From the NCBI GenBank assembly GCA_032718475.1, contig JAUCBJ010001140.1, forward strand, positions 133,054 through 197,053: 64,000 bases of DNA. The letters are read 5' to 3'. The notes under the pieces are model-generated. The model did no database searches. It saw nothing but the letters and a program-made list of their open reading frames with translations, and was not told where the DNA came from. Made by a program: the position numbers and the translations under genes. This document shows positions 22,412 to 34,690 of the stretch, piece by piece. Origin of the DNA: Nemertoderma westbladi (taxonomy: Eukaryota; Animalia; Xenacoelomorpha). The first letter of the stretch is position 1; each line of letters opens with the position of its first letter.

Positions 22412-22852
22412 ACTAGAAAAGCCAGCACGCTAGTATAAGGAGACCGACCATACATACACAAGCGCATTGTTAGTTGGGTCCCTTATCATTCATTATCATC
22501 AACCTATAAAACATTTGAACGGCCCAGTGCTTACAATAATATTCCCATAGGATTCACTGGGAAGAGCTATTCATCTGGTGGGGTAATACATTATACAAAC
22601 TAACAGTTGATATTTGATTACTTGTCTGGGTTTGAGTGAAAGAGTAATAAATTTAGCAAGTAATATACTTCTGTGCAGTTTGGGCCTATCCATTCAATAA
22701 ATAGTAGTAGCTTACTAGGCCCTCATGAGTACCAGCAGATCTGGTGTTTCTATCGTTGAGTTGATGGCAATTTTCGTGTTTTCATTTTCGCTCACTCAGG
22801 GTACTGGTTTGAGGGGCAGGTTCGTTTAAAGCCAGCTTGCTGGCTTTCTAGT
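22412..22852. mobile_element. Small Helitron/Helentron-like element with inverted ends
   Basis: ACTAGAAAAGCCAGCA at the left is inverted to TGCTGGCTTTCTAGT at the right. The right end forms the hairpin AAAGCCAGC-TT-GCTGGCTTT followed by CTAG|T. Confidence 0.4.
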
Positions 22853-23578
22853 AATTATTTGTAATACATTATTGTTGTTACAACAAACAGTCGATAATAA
22901 AGGGAAGGCATAATAATTATTTAAAGGGTTAATAAAATACTAACAATACTAACAAAAATCTAACAAAATGTCTTATCGTTCAAGTATCAACAAGAGCGCC
23001 TCAGACAGTTCTCTTAGCGACCACACCTCTAACCTTGACATAACTGCGATACCAATACATTCCGACCCGGACAGATCTCCGACTAGAGAATTGCCCGAAC
23101 CGGAATATTCCAGTTCAACTCAGACAGGTAAACCCATTATGCCCTCAAAACTAAATCGACCACCCCCGTCACCAGAACTAACCAACCCACTACTGGTCTC
23201 GAATCACAATCTGACCGACCGCGAGTGACTGCGACCTCCGACTTAGACCGGACGGAAGTCAACACAGACACAGGTTTAAACCAACCATCAGGAATGGACC
23301 CACTTATGGCCCCTTCCCCAAGTTTATTAATCGGCCTGCTAAGGGCCGTTGACAATTATAGGGCCACCGAAAAAGGGTCTAAAGCTCAAATACTCTCTAT
23401 GGCTGTCACAGAGATGCAAGGCTGTATTGCGATATTATAATTATCCAGCATTGGATAAGTTTTTTCCATTACATTCCATTACTTTCCCATTCGTAGCTGT
23501 AGGCGTAGGTGTAGGCATTAGTGTAGGCGAAGGTGTAGCCGTAGCGTTTACACCCTAATAATACCTATAATTTGTAAA

Positions 23579-24982
23579 TCTACAGATTTACTTACTGTAA
23601 GAAAATCGTGTCTGTCTGTTTGTCTCTCTGTCTGTCTGTTTGTCACACGAAAGGCTCCGAAACTATCCGGTCAATTATGTTGTTTTTATTACCCCTCTCC
23701 TATAGTGTATGGTCTGAATGGGATGGGATATGCTACCACAGTTTTGGAGTGATTTAAAAGGAACATTTGTGGAATAACTGTAGAACCCGTAACCACCACG
23801 CCACTGATCAAAGACCATAACTTGAAATGTAACAATGACATACTGTTGCTCAATTTTCAACAGCAATTAAATGGTGCTGAAATGGGCCACCGGTCTGTGA
23901 GGAATGGGAATGCAAGACTTAAATATAGATGTTGTTCTATCTTCAACTTTTTCGAAAATTTACTCAGCTTTTGTAACGTTGTAGTAAGAGATTAATAAAT
24001 TCTAACAAATTACGATGCCTCCAACGGCTTCAGACGATTTAGATACTTTCCATCAACCTCCAACACAAATTCCAAAACACTTTCAGATAGGCTCCAACAG
24101 CCAAAACTCGTTTATATGTAACTAAGCTTGGGTGCCAAAAAACCAAAATACCAGCGCAACGTTTTCCTTCCAGTGATTAATAATTTATAGTCCATGGGCC
24201 AGCCACAGCCAGCATATGGGATACTTTTTGTTAACCATCTGGAACTTTGACCTACATTTTGCTTTTCATTTTGATATAACAAATCTGAATCGGTAGTTTA
24301 CTTGGTGTTAACAACGGTTGTCATGGTAATGACAAAATAACAAATAATATTCCTAGATTTTAATATAAATTAATCGAATCTTTAGCAAAAGATAGCTACA
24401 GGCCTTAAAATTATTAATGTTCCCTAAAATTCAAGAATATAGTTATTGTTGCTATGGGAGCGTTTCAAAAGGAAATCTGGCATCATACAATGATAGCTAC
24501 CATTCTAGCTAGAATAATAAGAAAATTAAATGCCAAAATATAGGATAGGTCTTCCCAAAAAATACAGTTCCAGGTGTGTGGATACCAAAAATTAAACCCA
24601 TATGCATGCTGGCCCATGGACTAATATTATTAGAAACGAATAAAAACGTCGATACATCTTATATTGAACTACATAGTGCTATGGTAAATGTATATATAAT
24701 CGCGCTCATCTTATAGACATACGGACGCCTTGATTGTCTTCATAGACGATCCCATGTACCATTACAGACGTCGTCACTGATATGGAATTTATAGCAATGG
24801 CCCGGGCCCGTTTTCAGAGTTACATAAATTAAAAGGTGTCAAAAAGCCAAAAATGATCAGCGCAAACTCTAGACATACTTTCTCCCAATCCCATAATCTT
24901 TCCAGTTCAGTTGCCCGTCTCATCGATTATATATATATAGTTAAACGCACTACCTTTAAACAATTTGCAAACGGGAGGCTAG
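23579..24982 (+). mobile_element. Probable decayed non-autonomous Helitron
   Basis: A|TC start followed by a (GTCT)n tract, as in the 15726 family; ends ACGGGAGGCTAG|T. The 3' hairpin is poorly preserved. Confidence 0.35.
24188..24623. mobile_element. MITE (TAG termini, hAT-like)
   Basis: 16-bp TIR TAGTCCATGGGCCAGC / GCTGGCCCATGGACTA, extended by CATATGGG. No clean TSD. Confidence 0.6.
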
Positions 24983-25136
24983 TCGTCTTTTAATAACAAA
25001 TCACAGCAAACTGTATTATTGTATTCTTTTGTTACAGCTTTATGTTGAACATACAGTGGTACCGGTACTGTACACGAGTGGGGCCTTCATGCTGCAAAAG
25101 CCATCTTAGCGAACAATTTAATTAAAATATGGCTAG

Positions 25137-26112
25137 TAGAGTTGAAACAGAGACTTGTCACTGATCTCTGGATTCTCCGGGCAGTTTTTTGGTCTCCGGA
25201 TAGGTCTCTGGTTCCCGGGTATTGAAAACAGACATTTTATCCAGAGCTCAGTGATTTGACAAATTAGAAATAGTTATTTAAAAATAGATCCTGTACAACA
25301 CAAAATGTGAAATGAAGATAATTTTTCACAAATTTTTTACAATTATTTCTTTAATTTTTAACTATTTTTCATACACCACTTCAACACAATTATATTTTCA
25401 CTTTTACACTATTTCTATTTATAATAAATGTATATACCGATAATCTTCTATTTAATTAATTTAAGGTGCGTTTAATTGCAAGTTAAATTAGCACCTAAAG
25501 ATGGTTCTTATTTGAGGATAAGGGCGCTTAATTTGAGCACTCATAATGTTTAAATGTGAAAGAGAGGGCTGTTCTCCATTCAATTTGTTATAGGATAGAT
25601 AATATGACGACCAAATGAAGAGAACGAGCGTAACGAGGCTTGTAAATGGGGCGAGTAGAGTACTATACCTGTGCACTGTACTACTACCTGCATATGATTT
25701 GAACCATTGTAAAATAAGTGCCTTTAATTAACAAAGTACCGGTACCAATGGCGCAAAACAAAATTATGTAACATATTATTTAACAACAACAAAATAAGAA
25801 CGAATTAATAAACAAATAACCAAATTAATATTAATTAAGCCCCCCAAACTGTACGTGCGCTTATTTTCTTACTATGGGTAAGGGTTGAAATGGGTTGGAT
25901 TTACTTTACTGTAATTGAACCATAGAAAAATAGTTCTAAGGCCGTATGTACCTGTTTGTGCTATAGTGGAGTAGGCCTAATCAAATTGTAAGAACAAAAA
26001 TAAGCTAAGTCTCTGATCTCCGGCTCTGGTCTCCGGTATTTTTCAAAATAATTCTCCGGGTAGGTCTCTGGTTTACCGGAATTAAGAAAAACAGGTCTCT
26101 GCTTCAACTCTA
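25137..26112. mobile_element. hAT-type MITE (976 bp)
   Basis: TIR TAGAGTTGAA(A/G)CAGAGAC; perfect 8-bp TSD ATGGCTAG (25129-25136, 26113-26120); subterminal GGTCTCYGG repeats. Confidence 0.88.
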
Positions 26113-26459
26113 ATGGCTAGTTATATATTGGCTTCCGACACATACACACACACACACCCTGGTTAGGCCTACATATAATGTAGTGCATATGTTACAGACT
26201 ATTCTTGTGTATACCGGGTACTTAAATAAATTATTTACCGGTATATACTTTGTTATATATTTTTGTAAACGAAGTTTGTAAAGGTTATCTGAACAAGAAG
26301 CACGCATATATACCTAAGCTAAGGATAACATACAATCGGTCATAACACAACAGGGTAACATACAATCGATCATAACAGAAACAACATGCGCAGTTTTGAT
26401 ATGTACCATGTTTTTAGTTCGATATATGAAATATCAGTAGAAAATAAATCGATTAAAAA

Positions 26460-28139
26460 CTATAACCTGCCATCAAACATGTTCCTAAACCGCCAAACAA
26501 ACTTACTGCCCAATTGGTAACTGCCATATTCGTTAACATGAACTCCATCTGGAAAAAACGAGGTCATCGAGAAACTCCCTTTGCGTATGATAGACTTGTT
26601 TGGATCACAGAAAGTAACATTGTCTCCAAACTCGATGTTGTGCTGTTTCATTGTGTGGTACAGTGATTCATTAAGATTCTGGGTTATCTGTGGTGGCACA
26701 TTCGGATCGCCAGGCCTCACAAACATTCCAGTCAAAATCAATCGGGCAGATCGATTTCTTTTACGGACTTCTTGGAATAACATCCTGATTTGCTGCATCA
26801 TTGCCATAGGAAGTAAATCCTGGCTGGAATTACCGCACATAAGTACCACTACATCCTCATTGCCTCTCACACTATTCCATATGACCCTCGGAAAGTCAGC
26901 CAGCCACAAATTCTCCCCAGCATCAGAGGTGTCGTAGCAAGTAACATCTCGCATCTCCTTCTCAATAATCGGCTTCATGTTACCACAAATGCCATCAGAT
27001 ATAAATATAACCTTGTAACCACGCCGAGGTGGGTTACGTAATGGTGATCGGGATCGTGATCTCTGAGATCTCGAATGTGGACCTGCTGGGCGCGGAGGCC
27101 GTCTGGAAGGACCAGAATCCCTGATAATGGGACCTTTCCCCCTAACAATTCCTGCTGCACTCTTAGCACTGCGTGTCAGGGATGATATTCTTACCCAAAC
27201 TTGATCCTTCAACACTTTAATGGCATCTTTACGATCCTCCAGGACTTTCTTAACACCTTCTTCGCCAGTAGATTCCACTAGCTGCTTCCTTAACTCCATC
27301 ATAAACAAACCACCCATATTTTTACCTTTCATTTCATTTGCAGTAGGCCTAATCCTTGGAGGACCAATATTGCCACCACTACGGAGAATTCCGCACAATT
27401 CAGGGTCGCTCCCAACCACAGATAGACAGTCGTCTCCTGTCCCAAGGAGTAGTTCACCAAGATCATTACGACCCTCAATCAAGGTCCGCATGGCATTTTT
27501 CCAAATCATAAGCTTTTTCATTTCCCAAGAATCTAGCTGCTCTTTATTTTCCTTTTCCCACTTCGCAAGTGATCTCTGAATATCACGGGTCTCCATAAAA
27601 CGAAATATTTCAAGCTCTTCAACCGACCTACCAAGACAAATTGCCTTTTCCATTTTAAGGAGACTGTCTAAGCCTAACACACTGAGACCATTGCTTGCTG
27701 TAAACTCCCACCGATACCCAAATGGACAACCGAATCCAAAAATGCACAATTTTGGCTTTGGGATATTTGGCTTTGTCGGCTTTACAGTAGCTTGTGGTTC
27801 AGCTTCAGCATCTTTCTGAAGCATTTTTTCCAAAGCACGAACCTGATCCTGCAACTTCCGAATGGCGCCCTCCTTGTCATCGTCATTAACTGTCTCAGCA
27901 TCCCCCCCGGCCTCCCCAAAACCAATATTCTGAGTCACTTGGATATCATTATCAACAGCAACTGCATCAACTTTAGCCAGGTCATCACAAATAATAGTGT
28001 CTGCTGTCTGAATATCACTAGTACAAGGCTCAGGCTCATGCACAGGCTCGGCAGCTATTGACTGATTTGGCAATGACTCGATTGGAGGTGGGCCATCCTC
28101 AAACTCATCCACATCTGATGTTGATGTCAGGGAAGACAT
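26460..28139 (-). CDS. 559-aa intronless protein: acidic N-terminus, coiled coil, NADAR/YbiA-like domain, RS-rich linker, SGNH/GDSL-like domain
   Basis: NADAR-like motifs MEKA, W...IW, LLLGTGDDCL, SDPELCGI and GKNMGGLFMMELRKQL. SGNH-like blocks VIFISDG, VVLMCGN, LILTGMFVR and DGVHVNEYG. Uninterrupted ATG-to-stop ORF in AT-rich surroundings. Confidence 0.8.
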   Translation of the reverse strand: MSSLTSTSDVDEFEDGPPPIESLPNQSIAAEPVHEPEPCTSDIQTADTIICDDLAKVDAVAVDNDIQVTQNIGFGEAGGDAETVNDDDKEGAIRKLQDQVRALEKMLQKDAEAEPQATVKPTKPNIPKPKLCIFGFGCPFGYRWEFTASNGLSVLGLDSLLKMEKAICLGRSVEELEIFRFMETRDIQRSLAKWEKENKEQLDSWEMKKLMIWKNAMRTLIEGRNDLGELLLGTGDDCLSVVGSDPELCGILRSGGNIGPPRIRPTANEMKGKNMGGLFMMELRKQLVESTGEEGVKKVLEDRKDAIKVLKDQVWVRISSLTRSAKSAAGIVRGKGPIIRDSGPSRRPPRPAGPHSRSQRSRSRSPLRNPPRRGYKVIFISDGICGNMKPIIEKEMRDVTCYDTSDAGENLWLADFPRVIWNSVRGNEDVVVLMCGNSSQDLLPMAMMQQIRMLFQEVRKRNRSARLILTGMFVRPGDPNVPPQITQNLNESLYHTMKQHNIEFGDNVTFCDPNKSIIRKGSFSMTSFFPDGVHVNEYGSYQLGSKFVWRFRNMFDGRL

Positions 28140-28407
28140 AATAATATTTTATTATATAAATATGAGTAGAGAATAACACAACACGACCGGGACCGCTACA
28201 GTCAGACAGTCACAGTACTGTACTGTACTGTACTCTACAGTACTGTGTTATAAATGATCATATATGGCTACACCGTGGACTGTGTGGATTGTGTACCGGT
28301 ATATAATAATACAGTGATTCTGCCACCCAGACCCTGAGACCAGAAGGCATTCTTGCACACTTCTGTACTTTACCAGTTTACACAGTGGTAAGAAATTTTT
28401 TTATTGG

Positions 28408-28592
28408 TTCCCCTGTGCCCGTGCCGAACCACTTATACTTTTTTTTCAAACTTTAATGATTCCCCTATGCCCATGGCAAACCACTTACACTTTTTTCAAA
28501 AGTTTGTTGATTCAGCTACGTCCATAGCAAACCACTCCTTTTCAAAGTTTGTTGATTCCTCTATCCTATGCCCTTATTAAGAAACCTAATTA
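28408..28592 (+). repeat. Repeat arm inverted relative to 38117-38330
   Basis: CGAACCACTTATACTTTTTTTT...CAAACCACTCCTTTTCAAAG...GTTGATTCCTCTATC..TATGCCCTTATTAAGAAACC matches 38117-38330 in reverse complement. Confidence 0.75.
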
Positions 28593-29091
28593 TTTTATTT
28601 ATTAACATTTTATTTATTTATTAATAGACAAATTTAAATTAAAGCTATGATAGTGGATTCTATTTTCTTTTGAGTATTTGCCATTATATTTACAAACTAT
28701 GTAAAATCATTTTGAGAAACTTAAACGCTCTTTGGGACAAAAACACCCTGTATGGGATACAAACACCCTATATGGGACATAAACAACCTATTTGACATAA
28801 ACAACCTATTTGGGACAAATTGGAATTAAAGCTATGATTATGAAGTCGATATTCTTTTCAGTACCGTATTCCTTTACATTTATAAACTATTTGAAATAAT
28901 TTTGATAAAGCCACAGGCTATTTTGGACAAAATCATCCTATATGGGACACTAACAACCTAGTTGAGGCAAATTTAAGACTTATTAAGGACTATTTGGGAT
29001 GAAGTTGAGTCTGGGGGAGGAGGGTGTGCTATCACTAATTTGATTGTCATTTAATTATTATTATACGAATGTATTTAGATTTATTATAAGT

Positions 29092-29170
29092 GAATAAATT
29101 GCACCACATGAATAAATTGCACAACATGAATAAATTTCACAATATGAATAAATTGCACCACATGAAATAA
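29092..29170 (+). repeat. Short tandem repeat (TGAATAAATTGCACCACA-like, ~18 bp, ~4 units)
   Basis: Read directly from the sequence. Confidence 0.75.
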
Positions 29171-29828
29171 TCGTGACTATGATGACACTATTGCCTATAA
29201 TGCATCACAGTCTTACAGGCCATTTGCAAGGCACCCACAGTATATCTTTAACCATAACTAGGGAAGAAGTATTCCAAATGCCCGTATTTAGAATGGGAAT
29301 TTCCACTGTACATATACCTCAATGGGCTCTTGTCCCAAATACGTTGCTCTGTCCAGTATAGGCTGTTATAATGAGCCCCGGATTCGTAGTTGACATATGG
29401 ATTATATATCAGTGGAATTTTCCATTAAACTTTACATTATATAGCCAATAAGGGAGATGCCTAACTTTAGGAATGTTGGTATTGGTACAAAGACGAGGAG
29501 TGGGCTCATATAATTTGATTGAATGCCCCTATATTGGACAGGTTGAAAATCATTACACAACGTATTTGGGACAGGTAGGAATAATAGAAAGCCCCATAAA
29601 AGTGAAGGGAAACACCCTATTCTGGACAATGATGTAGATACTATTGTAAATTTGCCGGAAAATCTACAGAAATACACCCCAGGTCGTGTACGGTAGCCTA
29701 TTTAATGTGGTGTAAATTTTACGGCTGCAAGGATGATGTAGCCTTCGCGCAGCACGTGAAAAAAACTGTCTTTTCTCGAAAAATACTTAACTTAATTTGA
29801 CCACTGTCAGTTCTTGGTACTGCCCTGC

Positions 29829-30286
29829 CAGCCCAGACAGGAATCCATACACTTTGCGCTTTACAAAAAAAGCGCCAATGTGGTGGGTGCGCGCTCGAAA
29901 ATCGTAAAGCGCGCCGGCTTTGGCACTCCCAAAAATAAAACCAGCACCGATTTGTTGGTTTAACAATTATGGAAGTGCCTTAAAAATTGCATTAGCTGTT
30001 TAAAAATTTCGGCTCGATTCGCTTGCCTTTCTTTTTTCCTTTGTAGGCCTATGGTTACTGCTGTACAGGGACAGTTACAGCAGTACTGACATTGGCAGAC
30101 TGGTTACACTCATTCAAAATTGAAATTGTATTGACGCGGCACTCTTCAATATTGTTTCAATCTGCGGTGCGCTTAAAAATTTCATTGGCGCGGTGTTTGC
30201 TTCGAAATTGCATCGGCGCGCGGTGCGCATAAAAATTGGTCGACGCGCTATCTGACGCACTTTTTGGATGGATTCCATACAGGCTG
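29829..30286. mobile_element. Degenerate MITE (CAG termini)
   Basis: Imperfect TIR CAGCC....GGAATCCAT at both ends; internal GCGC-rich motifs; no TSD found. Confidence 0.35.
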
Positions 30287-30577
30287 CCAGTACTAGATAA
30301 CCGCACACCGGTGCCTAATGCTCTGTAAGTAGGCAATCAACTACTGACTAATAGACAAAAAATATTTTAAATGGTGATGTTCAATAGTATCGGCAGCACT
30401 GGCACTGGGGGAGGAGAGGAAGAATGCCAGTTTAAGTGCATGGACGATTTACGAATAGCAGAGATTTGGCGGACGTCATCTGCCAGTCTGCAACAGTGTT
30501 TCAGTGGTGGATAAGACACAGTCTCAGTCTGGAAACCGAAACAACGTTGTTGTTGCTGGGTGGCAATGAAGCGGGAT

Positions 30578-32032
30578 GGGTGCTGGTCACCTCGCCGCAC
30601 TGCCACTTCGCCGCAGGTAACCTCGCCGCAGATAATGTGCGGCGAAGTAGGTGTCTTTGCGGCGAGGTGTCTCACTGCGAATGCCATTTCGCCGCAAATT
30701 ATCAGACACCACGCCGCAAGTCAATATTAATCATTTATTTCTATATTTTTCAGGGAAGCCTACTAAGCCTAGTTATAGCATTGGACATTATTATAATAAG
30801 AAGAAATAAAATAATAAGGTAAGGTTTGTTGTTCTAATATAATTACTGTATTATTATAGATACAGTAAGAGTATTTGAGTACCGGGTAACGTATTAGATT
30901 ATAGTAAAACAGTCCTAGTCGCATGTTTGTCAAAAACAGTTGTCAGTTGTGTGATCAGTTGTTTAAAACAAGTGTGACGTTATGAACGTTAAAAAATTAT
31001 ATTTAAAATTGCAATGTATGCCTACAGTATATTTCACTAGTTCAATTTTGGAATAAAACATTTCATTTGCGAAATGTATCTATCAGTATATCTAATAACT
31101 ATTTACGTACCGGTACATGTACAATGCGTACACGTAGTTTTAGTTTAGTAATGCAGAAACTAAGTACAGAAACGGAAGTAAGGCAAGTTGTTCTTGTCTG
31201 TTCGGCTGTCTGTCAGTGTGTCGGTCCGTCGGTATCAAAAGTTTACATCCCTTCTTAAGATTTTATCTAGGCCTACTCGCCTACTACACACACACAAAGT
31301 TTCAGCAAATTTCACCTAGCCGTTGCCGAGATATTGACGTTCAAACATTGAGCCAGACTAACACACGGACAGACATGCGGACTATTCAAATATTGCTCAT
31401 AATATGTCTATGCAAAGGCATACTGAGTCCGAGGATCGGTGGATCACCCCACAAAATCAAGAAAAGCTCTATAGCCTGAAATATATAGAGTTACAATAAC
31501 TGAATAACAAAATCGCTGGTAATTCGGTAATCCGTGTGACCAACAATTATCGGTACGTGGGTTCAACAACTGAACATTTTTGACAAACATATGATTAGGA
31601 CTGTTTTACTATAATCTAATGTTACTCAAATACTCTTACTGTACTGCTGTATCTATAATAATACAGTACCGGTAATTATAATAGATTATTCTAATCATAT
31701 AAAGATATAGAATATGTTACTCAAATACTCTTACTGTATCTATAATAATACAGTAATTATAATAGAACATGAACAACAAACCTTACCGTATTATTTTATT
31801 TCTTCTTATAATAATGTCTGAACGTCCAATGCTATAACTAGGCTTAGTACTGTAGTAGGCTTCCTTGCTGCCCTGTAAATATAGAAATAAATGAATAATA
31901 TTGACTTGCGGCGAGGTATCCGATAATTTGCGGCGAAATGGCATTCATAGTGAGACACCTCATCGCAACGCAAGACACCTCGCCGCACATTATCTATGGC
32001 GAAGTGGCAGTGCGGCGAGGTGACTAGCACCC
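30578..32032. mobile_element. Mutator/Foldback element with long (~370-470 bp) inverted arms
   Basis: Termini GGGTGCT(G/A)GTCACCTCGCCGCACTGCCACTTCGCC. Arms 30578-~30950 and ~31565-32032 are inverted. Perfect 9-bp TSD AAGCGGGAT at 30569-30577 and 32033-32041. Confidence 0.92.
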
Positions 32033-32807
32033 AAGCGGGATGACGCGAACGAGAAAGTAAAATTACAATTGTTCCCAAAGGTTTATAGTCTGTTAGTTGG
32101 AATTGTGGCCCATACTTGTTGCATGTATTAATTAGGCCTATAATCTGATAATTTTTAGTTAATTTCGAACTTTTTAAATAATATAACTTTACAATTACAA
32201 TATAATTATGTCTGACAGTAATTTGTTGTGGCGTTTTATGAAAGTGAAGTATTAGGCCTATTCATGCTGTAATTGAGTTCTCCCTCTGCAATTTTGCGGG
32301 CTTGGGACCGTTTCTGTTTTTTGAACATAAAAGGCTGCATTAAAACTCATAAGATTGTATTGTAATAGGGGCCTACTCTCTGACTGATGACAGCTAGATC
32401 AGCCCCCGCTCAATGCATGGCTCGCCCCACAATCAGACAATGCTTTGTTTTATTTTGCACATCATGTGCGCCCCTCTAAACGATTTGAACTACACTTGGA
32501 TACACGTTTTGCAAGCGTTTCTCACTAGTTTGTACTCTTTTGTACTAATTTTGCACTCTTTTGTACTATTTTTGCACTTTATTGTACTCTTTTGTACTAT
32601 ATTGTACTATTTTGTATTTTTTTGTACCCCCTTAGATGGATTGCCCACAATGTTGTACTTGAAAGGTGTGAAAAAAAGTGAAAAACCAATGTCAATGTCA
32701 TTTCAATAGGCACAAAGATGGTTCAGTTGGGCAGCTGATAGATGTTATGAAGGTTAAAGATGATGACTGGATGACGTTTTAGCTCAACTGGCTCAGGCAG
32801 GAGTGGG

Positions 32808-33140
32808 ACACGTTCGTGGGACCTTTGCGCAGCATGAAGTGAGCAAAGCCTTAGCTGATAGGGGCCCCACCCCATTAACATGTTGTCTTTCGTTAGTCAG
32901 AGGTCGTTCAACACAATACTCGTCTCCTTAATTTGCCTCATTGCGTTCGTTTGTTTTTTACCAAACTTCAGATTATTTATAATCTTTCGACAGACTACGT
33001 ATATACATACTAAGTTTCGTTTAATTTCATCAAGGAATGACTGAGTTATTAGCGATACAAAATTTACAACGACGACAGACAACTCGTTAATAGCACCCAT
33101 ATGCTAAGGCTTCGCTCACTTGAACGTGGCTCTCCCCCAC
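32808..33140 (-). mobile_element. Short Helentron/HINE-like element, same family as 428-2057
   Basis: Inverted subterminal repeats AAGTGAGC(A/G)AAGCCTTAGC; both ends and the core are similar to the element at 428. Confidence 0.5.
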
Positions 33141-33161
33141 ATTCAATCCGGTTCGACGCAG

Positions 33162-34690
33162 TTTGTTGCTCATTGTTGCTCATTGCTGCTCGTTGTGCTA
33201 TATTATTTCTCATTGTTGGTCATTGTTGGTAATTGTTGCTGGTTGTTGGTCATTGTTGCTTGTTGGTGCTCATTGTTGCTCGTTAGTTGTACTTTATTAT
33301 TGCTCGTTGTACTCTATTATTGCTCGTTGTTGCTCATTATTACTCATTGTTGCTCGTTGTTTCTCATTGTTGTACTTTATTATTGGTCATTGTCAGATTG
33401 TTGCTCATTGTTGCTCAATATTACTCATTGTTGCTTGGTCAGTCGTTGTTGCTCATTGTTTCTCGTTGTTGCTCATTGTTGCTCGTTGTTGTTCTTTATT
33501 ATTGCTCATTGTTGCTCAGTGTTTCTCATTGTTGCTCGTTGTTGCTCAATGTTACTCGTTGTTATACTTTATTATTGCTCAATGTTACTCGTTGTTACTC
33601 ATTGTCATTGTTGCTCATTGTTACTCGTTGTTCCTCATGTCCTAATTATTGGTCGTTGTTTCTCGTTGTTGTACTTTATTATTGTTCATTGTTGTTCGTT
33701 GTTTCTCAATGTTGCTCGTTGTTGTACTTTATTATTGCTCGTTCAGTCGTTGTTCCTCATTGTTGCTCGCTGTTTCTCGTTGTTGCTCATTGTTGCTCGT
33801 TGTTGCTTATTATTACTCATTGTTACTCGTTGTTGCTCATTGCTGCTCGTTGTTGTACTTTATTATTGCTCGTTCAGTCGTTGTTCCTCATTGTTGCTCG
33901 CTGTTTCTCGTTGTTGCTCATTGTTGTACTTTATTATTGCTCATTGTTGCTCGGTGTTTCTCAATGTTACTCGTTGTTATACTTTATTATTGCTCAATGT
34001 TACTCGTTGTTACTCATTGTCATTGTTGCTCATTGTTACTCGTTGTTCCTCATGTCCTAATTATTGGTCGTTGTTTCTCGTTGTTGTACTTTATTATTGT
34101 TCATTGTTGCTAGTTGTTTCTCAATGTTGCTCGTTGTTGTACTTTATTATTGCTCATTCAGTCGTTGTTCCTCATTGTTGCTCGCTGTTTCTCGTTGTTG
34201 CTCATTGTTGCTCGTTGTTGTTCATTATTACTCATTGTTACTCGTTGTTGCTCATTGTTGCTCGTTGTTGTACTTTATTATTGCTCATTCAGTCGTTGTT
34301 CCTCATTGTTGCTCGCTGTTTCTCGTTGTTGCTCATTGTTGTACTTTATTATTGCTCATTGTTGCTCGGTGTTTCTCAATGTTACTCGTTGTTGCTCATT
34401 GTTGCTCGTTCAGTCGTTGTTCCTCATTATTGCTCATTGTTCTTCATTGTGTCTCGCTGTTGCTCAATGTTACTGTAGTAGTCGTAGTTGCTCATTGTTA
34501 CTTGTTGTTGCTCATTGTTGCTCATTCAGTCGTTGTTCCTCATTATTGCTCGTTGTTGTACTTTATTATTGCACAATGTTACTCTTTGTTGCTCATTGTT
34601 GCTCGTTGTTACTCGTTGTTGCTCATTGTTTTGTTACTCATTGTTCATTTGTTGCTCGTTGTTGCTTATTGTTGGTCATTGTTGCTCGTG
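33162..34690 (+). repeat. Low-complexity ~10-bp satellite (TTGTTGCTCR)n with ~415-bp higher-order duplication
   Basis: Recurrent TTGTTGCTCA/G and TACTTTATTA units; near-identical blocks start at 33649 and 34064. Confidence 0.9.
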
